Source: Candidatus Latescibacterota bacterium (GTDB taxonomy: Bacteria > Latescibacterota > UBA2968). From it: 64,000 bases of DNA. A model generated the notes under the pieces. That model saw only the letters and a list, made by a program, of their open reading frames with translations, had not been told where the DNA came from and made no database searches. The translations under genes were made by a program, and so were the position numbers. Below, piece by piece: positions 46,301 through 55,784 of this stretch (positions are counted from its first letter, which is position 1; every line of letters starts with the position of its first letter). Location of the stretch: contig OZ242320.1 in assembly GCA_965208125.1 (NCBI GenBank), positions 3,104,001-3,168,000 of the forward strand, in the 5' to 3' direction.

Positions 46301-47563
46301 ATGAATAAGGGTCTAAAATTTCTGGATCTTTTCGCAGGTGCTGGAGGGCTGTCTGAGGGATTTATACAAGCGGGATTTGAGCCTGTCGCACACATTGAAT
46401 CAGATAAAGCGGCATGTTTCACTCTACGCACACGGATGGCATACCATTGGTTGAAGGATCGTGACCGGATAGAACTGTATGCAGATTATCTGAATGGAAC
46501 ACTGAGCCGTCCAGATTTCTATGAACAAGTTCCCGAACAGATTATCGAATCAGTCATCGATGCCGAGATAGGTGACAAAAAACTGCCGGATATTTTTCGG
46601 CGGGTTGACGCTCTACTGGATAATTGTAGGCTTGATTTGATTGTCGGTGGGCCTCCTTGCCAAGCCTATTCCCTAATAGGTCGTTCTCGTGACTTGAATA
46701 GTATGAAGGGAGATAAGCGTAACTATCTGTATAACTATTACGCCGAATTTTTGAAGAGGTACAAACCATTATACTTTGTCTTCGAAAATGTCACCGGTCT
46801 TCTATCTGCAAGAAATGAGGATGGCAGCCGCTATTTTGACGCCATGCTAAGCCTTTTTCGTGAATGTGACTATAAAACCGATTTTCTGAATCTGTCAGCG
46901 GAGAATTATGGTGTCCTACAGAGACGAAAAAGAATAATTCTTGTCGGAAGAAGAGGTAAAGAGACTGATTTTTATCTAGAGCCAGACGAGTGGAATCCTG
47001 ATACCTGTGTCAGAGAAATATTCTGCGACCTTCCTACCATTGCCGCAGGTGAAGGTGTCCCGGGGCCATGTAATGTCAGACCATATTATGGAACATATCA
47101 GTATGAGGCAGGCATAAGAAATGACGATCTTCCGGTCACTTGGCACCAAGCGAGACCTAATACGGAACAAGACCTCGAAATTTACCGGATCGCTGTTGAT
47201 CAATGGAATAAAAAAAAGACTCGTCTGAATTACAATATGCTTCCGGATCGCCTGAAAACACATAGACATCGAAACTCGTTTCTGGATAGGTTCAAAGTCG
47301 TCGCTGGGGATCTGCCATTTTCTCATACTGTAGTTGCCCATATCGCCAAGGACGGTCACTATTATATTCATCCGGACATTAATCAGAATCGATCAATCAC
47401 ACCCAGAGAGGCTGCGCGATTGCAGACATTCCCAGATGATTATTATTTTGAGAGCGTCAGAGATGTTCCCGGACGCACGCCTGCTTTCAGTCAGATCGGC
47501 AATGCAGTGCCTGTGCTTCTGGCACGGAAAATAGCTGATAAATTGCAGGAGGTCTGGTTATGA
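46301..47563 (+). CDS. DNA cytosine-5 methyltransferase
   Basis: LDLFAGAGG (I), GGPPCQ (IV), FENV (VI), QRRKR (VIII), REAARLQTFP (IX), QIGNAVP (X). Confidence 0.96.
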   Translation: MNKGLKFLDLFAGAGGLSEGFIQAGFEPVAHIESDKAACFTLRTRMAYHWLKDRDRIELYADYLNGTLSRPDFYEQVPEQIIESVIDAEIGDKKLPDIFRRVDALLDNCRLDLIVGGPPCQAYSLIGRSRDLNSMKGDKRNYLYNYYAEFLKRYKPLYFVFENVTGLLSARNEDGSRYFDAMLSLFRECDYKTDFLNLSAENYGVLQRRKRIILVGRRGKETDFYLEPDEWNPDTCVREIFCDLPTIAAGEGVPGPCNVRPYYGTYQYEAGIRNDDLPVTWHQARPNTEQDLEIYRIAVDQWNKKKTRLNYNMLPDRLKTHRHRNSFLDRFKVVAGDLPFSHTVVAHIAKDGHYYIHPDINQNRSITPREAARLQTFPDDYYFESVRDVPGRTPAFSQIGNAVPVLLARKIADKLQEVWL

Positions 47564-49713
47564 GCACAAGCGGAACATACAGAATAAGACCGGCTGGTCG
47601 GCATATCCTGACCATTGGCCGTGATCTGATTCAGGATGTCTATGCGGCGGTCGTAGAACTGGTGAAGAACGCTTATGACGCCGATTCTCCTGATGTAAAT
47701 ATCAAATTTATGGCCAACCCTGACCACAGCGGATATTCCATCATTATCTCAGACCATGGTCACGGGATGTCTAGGGATACTGTCATTAACAAGTGGATGG
47801 TGCCGTCAACCCGAGACAAACTTGATCGGCGCACGAGTCCTTCCGGAAGGGTTATGCAGGGACGTAAAGGGGTAGGGCGCTACGCCGCATCCATCCTCGG
47901 TACAGACTTGTTTCTCGAAACAGTGACTGCTGAAGGCGAAAAAACAACGGTCTATGTCGAGTGGGGGAACTTCGAGGATGCCGAATATCTGGATGATGTG
48001 GAGATCCTCATTGAAACTACTGAGGTATCCGAATCGCCGGGTACACAACTGACTATGGCTGGGGATATTGAGCTTCTTGCTGACTGGGACAAGAAACAGT
48101 TCGAAAAACTTCGTTTTGAGCTGAAAAAACTGAAATCGCCTGTAAGTGCTACTCTTAGCGATGATGACTTTTGTATAATTCTGAAGGTTGAAGGCTTTCC
48201 TGATGTAGAGGATATTAGTGAAACTATCGAGTCATTTCCGATCTTCGATCTCTTTGACTATAAGATAGCTGGCAAAATTGGTGCTGACGGCAATGGCACC
48301 CTGACTTATTCATCACAGAAGGCTCGTAACACCGCCGACGAGAATATTCCTTTCGATACTGGCGGGCCTACCGGATGCGGTGAGCTTGATATTGATGTAC
48401 GAGTGTATGACCGAGACAAAGATGCTATTGATTCTTTGATAGGCCGCGGTCTCAAGGATGAATCCGGCAACTATGTCGGAAAACTTCAAGCAAGGCAACT
48501 TCTTAACGCCTCCAACGGCATAGGTGTTTATCGGAACGGATTTCGTATCCGGCCGATGGGCGATCCAGACTTTGATTGGTTGAAACTGAACGAGCAGCGC
48601 GTCCAAAACCCATCACTCAGAATCGGCAGCAACCAAGCAATCGGATACGTGCAAATTCAGTCAGATGAGCAATCCGGTCTGATTGAAAAAAGTGCGCGCG
48701 ATGGACTCAGAGAAAATTCGGCCTTTGGTCATCTCAAAGAAATCACTACAAAGGTCATCGCTGAACTCGAAACGCGACGGTTCGATTACAGAATGAAGGC
48801 AGGTCTGAGCAGGCCTGTTATCAAAGTCGAACGTGAGTTAGAACGCCTTTTTTTGTTTGATGAACTAAAACGGGATGTCTTGGAAAGACTTACCAAATCC
48901 GGAGTTGACCAAAGCATCTCTGATAAAATTATTGATATCATCAGTCGGGAAGAGGAAGAAAAAAATAAAATTGCCGCTGAAATCCGCCAAGCTGTTGCTA
49001 TTTATCAGGGACAGGCCACCTTGGGGAAAATCATTAACGTGATCCTTCATGAAGGCAGACGGCCACTCAATTATTTCCGAAACCAGATACCAAACCTCCG
49101 ATACTGGTACAAATCATTTCGGAAAACTGAGAATTTAAAAAATCTTGAGAAATCTCTGTCAATTGTTGAGGGCATAGGCATGAATGCAGAGTTTTTCGTC
49201 AATCTCTTCAACAAACTTGATCCTCTGGCAGCGGGGAAGCGCTCTAAAAAAGAGCCGCTTGCGCTGAAGAAAGAGATAGAAAACGTGCTTGCTGTCTTTG
49301 AACAAGAAATGAAGTCTCAGAAGGTAATCGCTGAAGTTACAGGATCCGACGACTTTAGATTTTCCTCTTGGCGTCAAGATATCAGTGCGATTTTCACAAA
49401 TCTTGTGGACAACAGTCTGTACTGGATGAACGAAAAGAATACGCCCAAGCGAAAAATCATTATTGAACTCGCAACGAACAAGAATTCTCTTCTTCAGATT
49501 GATTATCATGACACCGGGCCAGGTATTGAACCTGACCACATTGCAAGTGAAGTGATTTTTGAACCTGAGTTTACCACCAAACCATCTGGTACGGGTCTGG
49601 GGCTGGCAATTGCAGGTGAGGCTGCCGCACGTAACGATCTTGAATTGAAAGCTTTTGAGTCTCAAGAAGGAGCTTGGTTCAGGTTACAACCTAAAACGGA
49701 GGATGAGGAATGA
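47560..49713 (+). CDS. MORC-type GHKL ATPase fused to a C-terminal histidine kinase
   Basis: ELVKNAYDA, DHGHGM, GRKGVGR; S5-like VYRNGFRI..DWL; H-box ILHEGRRPL, NLVDNS, DTGPG, FTTK.GTGLGL; no TM. Confidence 0.88.
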   Translation: MSTSGTYRIRPAGRHILTIGRDLIQDVYAAVVELVKNAYDADSPDVNIKFMANPDHSGYSIIISDHGHGMSRDTVINKWMVPSTRDKLDRRTSPSGRVMQGRKGVGRYAASILGTDLFLETVTAEGEKTTVYVEWGNFEDAEYLDDVEILIETTEVSESPGTQLTMAGDIELLADWDKKQFEKLRFELKKLKSPVSATLSDDDFCIILKVEGFPDVEDISETIESFPIFDLFDYKIAGKIGADGNGTLTYSSQKARNTADENIPFDTGGPTGCGELDIDVRVYDRDKDAIDSLIGRGLKDESGNYVGKLQARQLLNASNGIGVYRNGFRIRPMGDPDFDWLKLNEQRVQNPSLRIGSNQAIGYVQIQSDEQSGLIEKSARDGLRENSAFGHLKEITTKVIAELETRRFDYRMKAGLSRPVIKVERELERLFLFDELKRDVLERLTKSGVDQSISDKIIDIISREEEEKNKIAAEIRQAVAIYQGQATLGKIINVILHEGRRPLNYFRNQIPNLRYWYKSFRKTENLKNLEKSLSIVEGIGMNAEFFVNLFNKLDPLAAGKRSKKEPLALKKEIENVLAVFEQEMKSQKVIAEVTGSDDFRFSSWRQDISAIFTNLVDNSLYWMNEKNTPKRKIIIELATNKNSLLQIDYHDTGPGIEPDHIASEVIFEPEFTTKPSGTGLGLAIAGEAAARNDLELKAFESQEGAWFRLQPKTEDEE

Positions 49714-50771
49714 GTGTGTTGCGACTGCTTATAGTTGAGGATGATGAACAGGATCTATCTACCTGTAGAGATACTGTCGAAAGATACGAAAATGAAAAGC
49801 AGCGCAAAGTCGAACTCGTCGAATGCAAGGATGTCAGTGCGGCTTTCGAGTGCCTTGACAATTCCTTCGACGGTGCGATTATTGACCTGAAGCTCGGGGA
49901 TCAGGGTGATGAAGGCAATCAGGTTATACGTAAAATCGAAGATTCACAGTTCCGGATTCCAGTCTTTATTTTATCTGGAACCCCTGTCAACACGGATTTT
50001 GCACATATAAAAGTTTTCAAAAAAGGGGACATTGGAGCAGGATACGATGATTTGTTGGACAGATTTTGGAATATCTATAACACAGGACTGACCCGCATCA
50101 TGGGCGGCAGGGGCATCATCGAACAAACATTGAGCCAAGTATTTTTGGGAAATCTCCTCCCACAGATAGATAAATGGATACATTATGGTGAGGACGATTC
50201 TTCCAGAACTGAAAAGGCTCTTCTTCGGCACACGCTGAATCATCTGCTCCAGCTTCTTGAAGATGACGCAGACAGTTGTTTTCCCGAAGAAGTCTATCTG
50301 CATCCTCCGCTTAATGACGACATCCGGACTGGTAGCCTTGTTAAAGAAAAGGAAAGTGGGAAGTGGTTTGCTGTCATGAGTCCAGCCTGCGACCTTGTCG
50401 TGAGGGAAGATGGCAGCCGTAATACTGACAGGATTCTTATTGTCGAAGTTGATCTTGGAACGACGTTATTTCCATGGTTTAATGATACAGATCTGAGTAA
50501 CACCAAAAAGGGAGAGTTGAAACGAGCGTTCGGGAATAACAAATCAGCCTATCATCACTGGCTTCCTAAGACGGATTTCTTTGAAGGAGGTTTCCTCAAT
50601 TTCAGAAAACTCTTCACGTTGGAAATTGAGCAATTCCAAGAAAAATTCCACACCCCTCCTGAAATACAAATCTCGCTATCTTTTGTGAAGGATATTGTGG
50701 CGCGTTTTTCATCATACTACGCTCGTCAGGGGCAGCCAGATATCGATTTTGACAGATTTATCAACTCTTGA
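49710..50771 (+). CDS. receiver-domain protein with unknown C-terminal effector
   Basis: LLIVEDD, IIDLKL, ILSG, FKK intact REC; C-terminal TGSL..VMSPACDL...FSSYYARQGQPD. Confidence 0.85.
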   Translation: MSVLRLLIVEDDEQDLSTCRDTVERYENEKQRKVELVECKDVSAAFECLDNSFDGAIIDLKLGDQGDEGNQVIRKIEDSQFRIPVFILSGTPVNTDFAHIKVFKKGDIGAGYDDLLDRFWNIYNTGLTRIMGGRGIIEQTLSQVFLGNLLPQIDKWIHYGEDDSSRTEKALLRHTLNHLLQLLEDDADSCFPEEVYLHPPLNDDIRTGSLVKEKESGKWFAVMSPACDLVVREDGSRNTDRILIVEVDLGTTLFPWFNDTDLSNTKKGELKRAFGNNKSAYHHWLPKTDFFEGGFLNFRKLFTLEIEQFQEKFHTPPEIQISLSFVKDIVARFSSYYARQGQPDIDFDRFINS

Positions 50772-50933
50772 AATAGGCGTATAGGAAGTTGCAGGATTGA
50801 AGTTCGCTACATTTCGATGGATTCACGTTTTTTAACTCATCTCATCCACCCATTCTACCGCATACTGTATTTTCTTTTTAAATCGCTCAATCAACTCACG
50901 AAAGGCCAATCGGTCTTAATTTGCCTACGCTAC

Positions 50934-51051
50934 TTATTGCCAATCCTCCCCAGCGACCTGTTTAAGCACGGCTCGGACGAATTGAGCAGACCTGCATAGC
51001 TCAGGCAAGGGTAATGATCGGCGAGGCATTGAGTATCCACCCCTCACTCAC
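50934..51051 (-). pseudogene. internally deleted DUF3368 (PIN-like) gene remnant
   Basis: GTG-start MSEGWILNASPIITLA* overlapping the UPF0175 stop, then FVRAVLKQVAGEDWQ*; these resemble the N- and C-termini of DUF3368. Confidence 0.6.
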
Positions 51052-51295
51052 TGTTTACTTCCTCTGCTATTTCGTCCACACTATATTGGAATGTTGAAAC
51101 CTCAAACCGGCCCAGTGCCTCAATGAACTCACTGCGGGATAGTCCCGCAATCTCAGCCGCCCGACTTTGAGAAACCTCTCCCATCTCGTACCATTTCACA
51201 GCGGCAGCCAGACGCAATTCCCGGGTGAAATGATTGGGATCTTTCAGTACCGACGAAAGCACATCTTCTGGTAGTTCAAAAGTGACTGTTACCAT
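51044..51295 (-). CDS. UPF0175 family protein (putative antitoxin)
   Basis: ELRLAAAVKWYE.GEVSQSRAAEIAGLSR.EF. Confidence 0.88.
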   Translation of the reverse strand: MVTVTFELPEDVLSSVLKDPNHFTRELRLAAAVKWYEMGEVSQSRAAEIAGLSRSEFIEALGRFEVSTFQYSVDEIAEEVNSE

Positions 51296-51372
51296 GTGAT
51301 TCTCTCCTGATAGACCAATCTATGTTGCGTGTAATCGCCCTACTACAGTCGTATGGTTTCTTAAATATGGAT

Positions 51373-52572
51373 TTAAGACTGCTTTTCTGAAGATTTATCA
51401 GGCGCGAACAAATAAAACAATTGTTCCAAAATCAGGATTCCAATAACCGCATTTTTGCTATTATATTCCGATGGGTCTGAAACTCCGTGTGCTATACTAT
51501 GGCGAGATAACTTTGCCCTTGTCTCAGAAGATTTGAAATTTCTAAAATAAAATTCTTTCAGGTATTCCGAAAACTGATATGGCAAAAGAATACTCAGAGG
51601 TTTTTCTATGTCATCTTGCACCGCAATTTTTCTAAGGTCCTCACCACGAGGATCTCTTGCCCTTTTTTGTAATCCATGTGATCGGATTATACCTTCTATT
51701 TTTGGATATAGTGTTTGTATGCACCCCCTCCAGTCTCCTTCTTTGAATTTCTCAACGCCATACGCTAAATCTTCCCGATGTTCGAGAAAAGAAGATTTGT
51801 TTTTCCACCCATCCAGCATTTTATCACAGCGACCTTGAACGTCTGAGACAACTATATCAACAAATCCATCCTCATCTGGACCAAACTTTGGGTCTTTTGT
51901 CCACTCAATTAACGTATTCAGATTTTCTTCGGACAGTCCAATAAATGGAAACCATCCTTTTTTGTGCAGCGCGGCATGGATTTCTGCCGAAACTCTATGC
52001 CTTTCCTCAAATACAGTATATTCTAATAGACTGCCTAATTGCACTTTGATCTTATATTCACGCTTATGATGAGGAGGCCATAAAGGGGTATGATCAAAAA
52101 AAATTGCTTTTCTCCATCTGTGCGAAAAGACAAATATGATACCAGCATCATTGGGTATATCTATCATATCAGCATCATTGATATCTATGACATTAGCATC
52201 ATTGGGTGTATCCACGACAAGTTCCAACGATTCTATGCCTGCTATATCGCTCTTTCTTATAAGATCTCCTTTTTTCATTGATCCTCTGAGTTTGGCTGAC
52301 GGGATAAATTTTAGCTCGTCTATATAAGCCTGAACCCGGCCATCCGGGTGCGAAACAAAAAGCATGTGATTGGTCTGAGAGGGGTCAACTGAAGAATCGG
52401 AAGGCAGTTTGGATAAAAACTCATCAACAAGACCAGCCAATATCTCAAACTTGTCCCACTCTGAAGAAGTTGCAAAATCCATCACATAAAACGCAGGTTT
52501 TTCTCCTTGCCGTACATTTTCGGCTAGATAGCCTCGAGCTGGATCTTTCAGCGTGAACTCAAATTTAGCCAT
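51373..52572 (-). CDS. hypothetical protein with C-terminal HEPN-like domain
   Basis: CIQTLYPKIEGIIR ... SRHSIAHG (Rx4H); AT-rich. Confidence 0.65.
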   Translation of the reverse strand: MAKFEFTLKDPARGYLAENVRQGEKPAFYVMDFATSSEWDKFEILAGLVDEFLSKLPSDSSVDPSQTNHMLFVSHPDGRVQAYIDELKFIPSAKLRGSMKKGDLIRKSDIAGIESLELVVDTPNDANVIDINDADMIDIPNDAGIIFVFSHRWRKAIFFDHTPLWPPHHKREYKIKVQLGSLLEYTVFEERHRVSAEIHAALHKKGWFPFIGLSEENLNTLIEWTKDPKFGPDEDGFVDIVVSDVQGRCDKMLDGWKNKSSFLEHREDLAYGVEKFKEGDWRGCIQTLYPKIEGIIRSHGLQKRARDPRGEDLRKIAVQDDIEKPLSILLPYQFSEYLKEFYFRNFKSSETRAKLSRHSIAHGVSDPSEYNSKNAVIGILILEQLFYLFAPDKSSEKQS

Positions 52573-52661
52573 TGTGTCTTTTTTTTTGTTTGTGTAAATG
52601 CGCTCCAAACGGTTTGGCTTTCAGCAATTCTTCCAGTTTATTGGCAAGCCAATTTTTGGCC

Positions 52662-55166
52662 TCACTCTCCCCACACCCTTCCCACCGCATCCCGTATCTT
52701 TTTCTCGAATCGCGCAATTAAACCCCGGTTCGCATCCACCAGTGCCTGTTCGGCTTCGATCTCGGTGACGATGGCTTGTTGAATATCGAGGGATGGGAGC
52801 GGGAATCTAATTTGTTTTATAGCATTGCCATTGAACTGTGGTTGTCCTCCACCAGTCACCAGAGTTTTTGCCTGATCCCAATAAGTATCACTTTGGGTAA
52901 ATGCCCAATAGTAACCTGGATGAACGCGCTCTAATGGAAAGCGGAGTCGAATCAGATAAGAAGCGAAGACCGCCAAATATTCCTCCTCGAATATCATTGT
53001 CTTGCCATAGGTCGCTCCGGTTCGAGCGACGAGGATATCCCCCTTTTCAAGTATTGATTTTTGCGCCTCACTTGTCAAAGTAATGAACTTAGGCTCCTCT
53101 GAACGAAGCGTTCCATCTTCAGAGATGTCTGTAATGCGAACAAATCTGGCATCTCCTTGGTCATCTGCCTTTTCGGTAAAGCCATATTCTGGTTTCGTGA
53201 GTTCTGAAATTGTCACCATCGGCCACTCGGGATCAATCGCAATGTGCGGTTGATAGTTCTCCACCACCGCTCTCGCCCCGTCAATCACTCGCTGATAGCC
53301 CTCTATTTCCGAGACGATTTCCCGCTGCACTTCGAGCGGCGGTAAGGGGATTTGGATACGCTGGATGTCGCTCTTGTTTATTGATGAGAATGCTGATCCT
53401 GTGCTTCCGGTTATTTCTGATTCCAAGCTATGGAGAACATAGAAGATATAGGTCGTGAGTAGCCGACTCCTGATTGGTCTAATGGCGGCGAGTCCCCGTC
53501 CGATACAGATACGCTGTGTTGTTAGGTTGACAGGTCCAACAGGAGCACGCACGGACATGAGAATATCGCCTTTCTCAGCAAATCTTCGCGGGTCCGTCGT
53601 CCATTTTGTGGGTTTCCCGATAAACATTTGTCCAAACTCAGTTTTGCCTTGATAGAACGGCGTCCCTACCCCAGTATCATTGTAGGACTTTCCGGGCGGT
53701 GATTGTCCAGAAATGACTTCCGCCACTTCACCCAATGGTACGATGGGAAATTGCGATAGACGAACTTCACCTCTCCGATACCGCTCTCCGCTCAAGTTAT
53801 ACTCTTCGCTCTCTGCGACTTTTGATTTTTCAACGACGAGTCCGTGTGTGATGGATTTATCGGTTGTGTATTGCGCGTGTGGTTCTGCGACATTTAGTGT
53901 GAGTTGGGGGTCATCTGCTGTTTCGCCTGCTCGCAGTCGTGCGAGATATTCGCAAAGTTCCTCTGCTACTTGCGGCAGGTCGTTCTTGTCAATCTCCCGC
54001 CGTTGTGCGCCCAAATCAAAGCCGTCGTTTTCTACCTTGAGGAAAGCGATGTGGTCGGTCTTTTTCGCCAGTACTTTGTCCAGTATGAGAATGGAAGTCT
54101 TGACGCCTGAGTATGGATTGAACACGCCAGCGGGGAGTGAGACGACGGCGACGAGATATTCTTCCACCAGCATTTTGCGGAGTTGCTTGTGCGCGTTCTG
54201 GCTCTGGAAGATGATGCCTTCGGGTACGATGATACCGGCGCGTCCTGAAGGCGTTAGATGTTCGGCCATGTAATCGACGAATAGCACTTCGCTGCGTCTG
54301 GACTGTACGGAGAATCGGTTGTGCGGACGGATGCCCCCTTTCGGCGACATGAATGGTGGGTTGGCGAGGATTACATCGGCGTATTCGTTCCAATATTCCT
54401 CACTGGTCAGGGTGTCGTATTCAGAGATATGCGGATCGGCAAAACCGTGCAGGTACATATTTACCAGTGATAGGCGTACCATATCGGGTGATATGTCGTA
54501 GCCCTTAAAATTATCCGCCAGTCTCCCCCGTTCATCCGGTGTAAGCGTAATTAGGCCCTGCTCATTGGTGTTGGCTTTGAGTATGTGCTTGTAGGATGAG
54601 ATTAAAAATCCGGCGGTGCCGCAGGCTGGGTCGAGTACGCTTTCGTCTTTTTTGGGGTCGATGATAGTGACGATGAAGTCGATAATATGGCGCGGTGTGC
54701 GGAATTGTCCGGCATCTCCCTGCGAACCGAGTACAGAGAGCAAATATTCGAAGGCGTCGCCGAGTCGCTCGGAGTGGTCGTACTCAAACTCGTCAATGAT
54801 TTTGAGAAAGGCGCGCAGGGTTTCGGGGTCGCGGTAGGGCAAGAAAGCATTCTTAAAGATGTCTCGAAAGAGAAGTGGAATACCGGGGTTTTCTGGCATT
54901 CTGGTAATGGCATCGGCGTAGAGGTTGAGCATTTCGTGTCCACCCAGGCCAGAGCGCATCAGTTTTGCCCAACCGAAACGGGCGAACTCTCCGGCGAAGA
55001 ATTGGCGTTCTCCCCCGAGTTCTTCGCTTTCGGCGTCCAGGTCGTCCATGAATTTGTAGATCAGCGCAATGGTAATTTGCTCAACCTGACTCTTGGGATC
55101 GGGTACTTTGCCCACCAGAATATCGCGGGCGGTGTCAATACGGCGTTTGGTGTCTGTATCGAGCAT
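52662..55166 (-). CDS. type I RM methyltransferase-specificity (HsdM-HsdS) fusion
   Basis: GQFRTP, DPACGTAGF, ANPPF; two TRDs (LGEVAEVISGQSP...IPLPPLEVQREIV; YGFT...FPLPSLDIQQAIV). Confidence 0.92.
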   Translation of the reverse strand: MLDTDTKRRIDTARDILVGKVPDPKSQVEQITIALIYKFMDDLDAESEELGGERQFFAGEFARFGWAKLMRSGLGGHEMLNLYADAITRMPENPGIPLLFRDIFKNAFLPYRDPETLRAFLKIIDEFEYDHSERLGDAFEYLLSVLGSQGDAGQFRTPRHIIDFIVTIIDPKKDESVLDPACGTAGFLISSYKHILKANTNEQGLITLTPDERGRLADNFKGYDISPDMVRLSLVNMYLHGFADPHISEYDTLTSEEYWNEYADVILANPPFMSPKGGIRPHNRFSVQSRRSEVLFVDYMAEHLTPSGRAGIIVPEGIIFQSQNAHKQLRKMLVEEYLVAVVSLPAGVFNPYSGVKTSILILDKVLAKKTDHIAFLKVENDGFDLGAQRREIDKNDLPQVAEELCEYLARLRAGETADDPQLTLNVAEPHAQYTTDKSITHGLVVEKSKVAESEEYNLSGERYRRGEVRLSQFPIVPLGEVAEVISGQSPPGKSYNDTGVGTPFYQGKTEFGQMFIGKPTKWTTDPRRFAEKGDILMSVRAPVGPVNLTTQRICIGRGLAAIRPIRSRLLTTYIFYVLHSLESEITGSTGSAFSSINKSDIQRIQIPLPPLEVQREIVSEIEGYQRVIDGARAVVENYQPHIAIDPEWPMVTISELTKPEYGFTEKADDQGDARFVRITDISEDGTLRSEEPKFITLTSEAQKSILEKGDILVARTGATYGKTMIFEEEYLAVFASYLIRLRFPLERVHPGYYWAFTQSDTYWDQAKTLVTGGGQPQFNGNAIKQIRFPLPSLDIQQAIVTEIEAEQALVDANRGLIARFEKKIRDAVGRVWGE

Positions 55167-55190
55167 GGGACTTCCTTTAAGTCATTATCT

Positions 55191-55775
55191 ATCCACGAAG
55201 GACACTAAGGACACGAAGGGTTATGAAGGGTACAAAGAGTCATCAAGGGTTTTTCTTCGTGCATCTTCGTGTTCTTAGTGGATCATTTTACAAACCGTTT
55301 CCATTCCAGTTTACCATGGCTGCCAAAGTTGATAAGAACACCCACTTTGAAGCCGGTTGCTTTCAGATAGTTGAGAATTTGAGCTTGTTCATTTCCAGAG
55401 AGACGATTAAGTGCTTTGAGTTCAACAATAATCAGGTCAAAACAGATCAGGTCGGCAACGTATTTTTTATTGAGTATCTGGCCTTTGTACCGAACCTGAA
55501 TTGGTTTCTGAGCATCAAATGGTATTCCTCTTGTACTCAATTCGATTTCCATTGCCTCTTGATAGATAGCTTCCAGAAACCCGGGGCCAAGTTCGCGATG
55601 CACTTCAATAGCAGCGCCTACCACAGCGTACACTTCTTCCTTCAAAATCAACTCTGACATATTTCACACGCTCCTTCTCTCCTCCCCCTAAATTGGCTTC
55701 TTGCTCTCTTTCTTCTTCACATCCCCCTTCATGCATCTGGGTGTCCTTTGTGCCCCTTAGTGTCCCTTCGTGGAT
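55191..55775. mobile_element. GxxExxY gene cassette bounded by imperfect inverted repeats of CACGAAG-type units
   Basis: left ATCCACGAAGGACACTAAGGACACGAAG; reverse complement of right ATCCACGAAGGGACACTAAGGGGCACAAAG; third arm 55255-55283. Confidence 0.55.
55283..55660 (-). CDS. GxxExxY protein (PD-(D/E)XK nuclease fold)
   Basis: LGPGFLEAIYQEA, ADL..IIVELKA, QILNYLK, GVLINFG. Confidence 0.95.
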   Translation of the reverse strand: MSELILKEEVYAVVGAAIEVHRELGPGFLEAIYQEAMEIELSTRGIPFDAQKPIQVRYKGQILNKKYVADLICFDLIIVELKALNRLSGNEQAQILNYLKATGFKVGVLINFGSHGKLEWKRFVK

Positions 55776-55784
55776 CATCCCAGT

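Noticed and set aside
55191-55775. Integron attC sites or classical IS
   Set aside because: No RYYYAAC/GTTRRRY cores at the arm ends, no DDE/HUH transposase, no clear target duplication.
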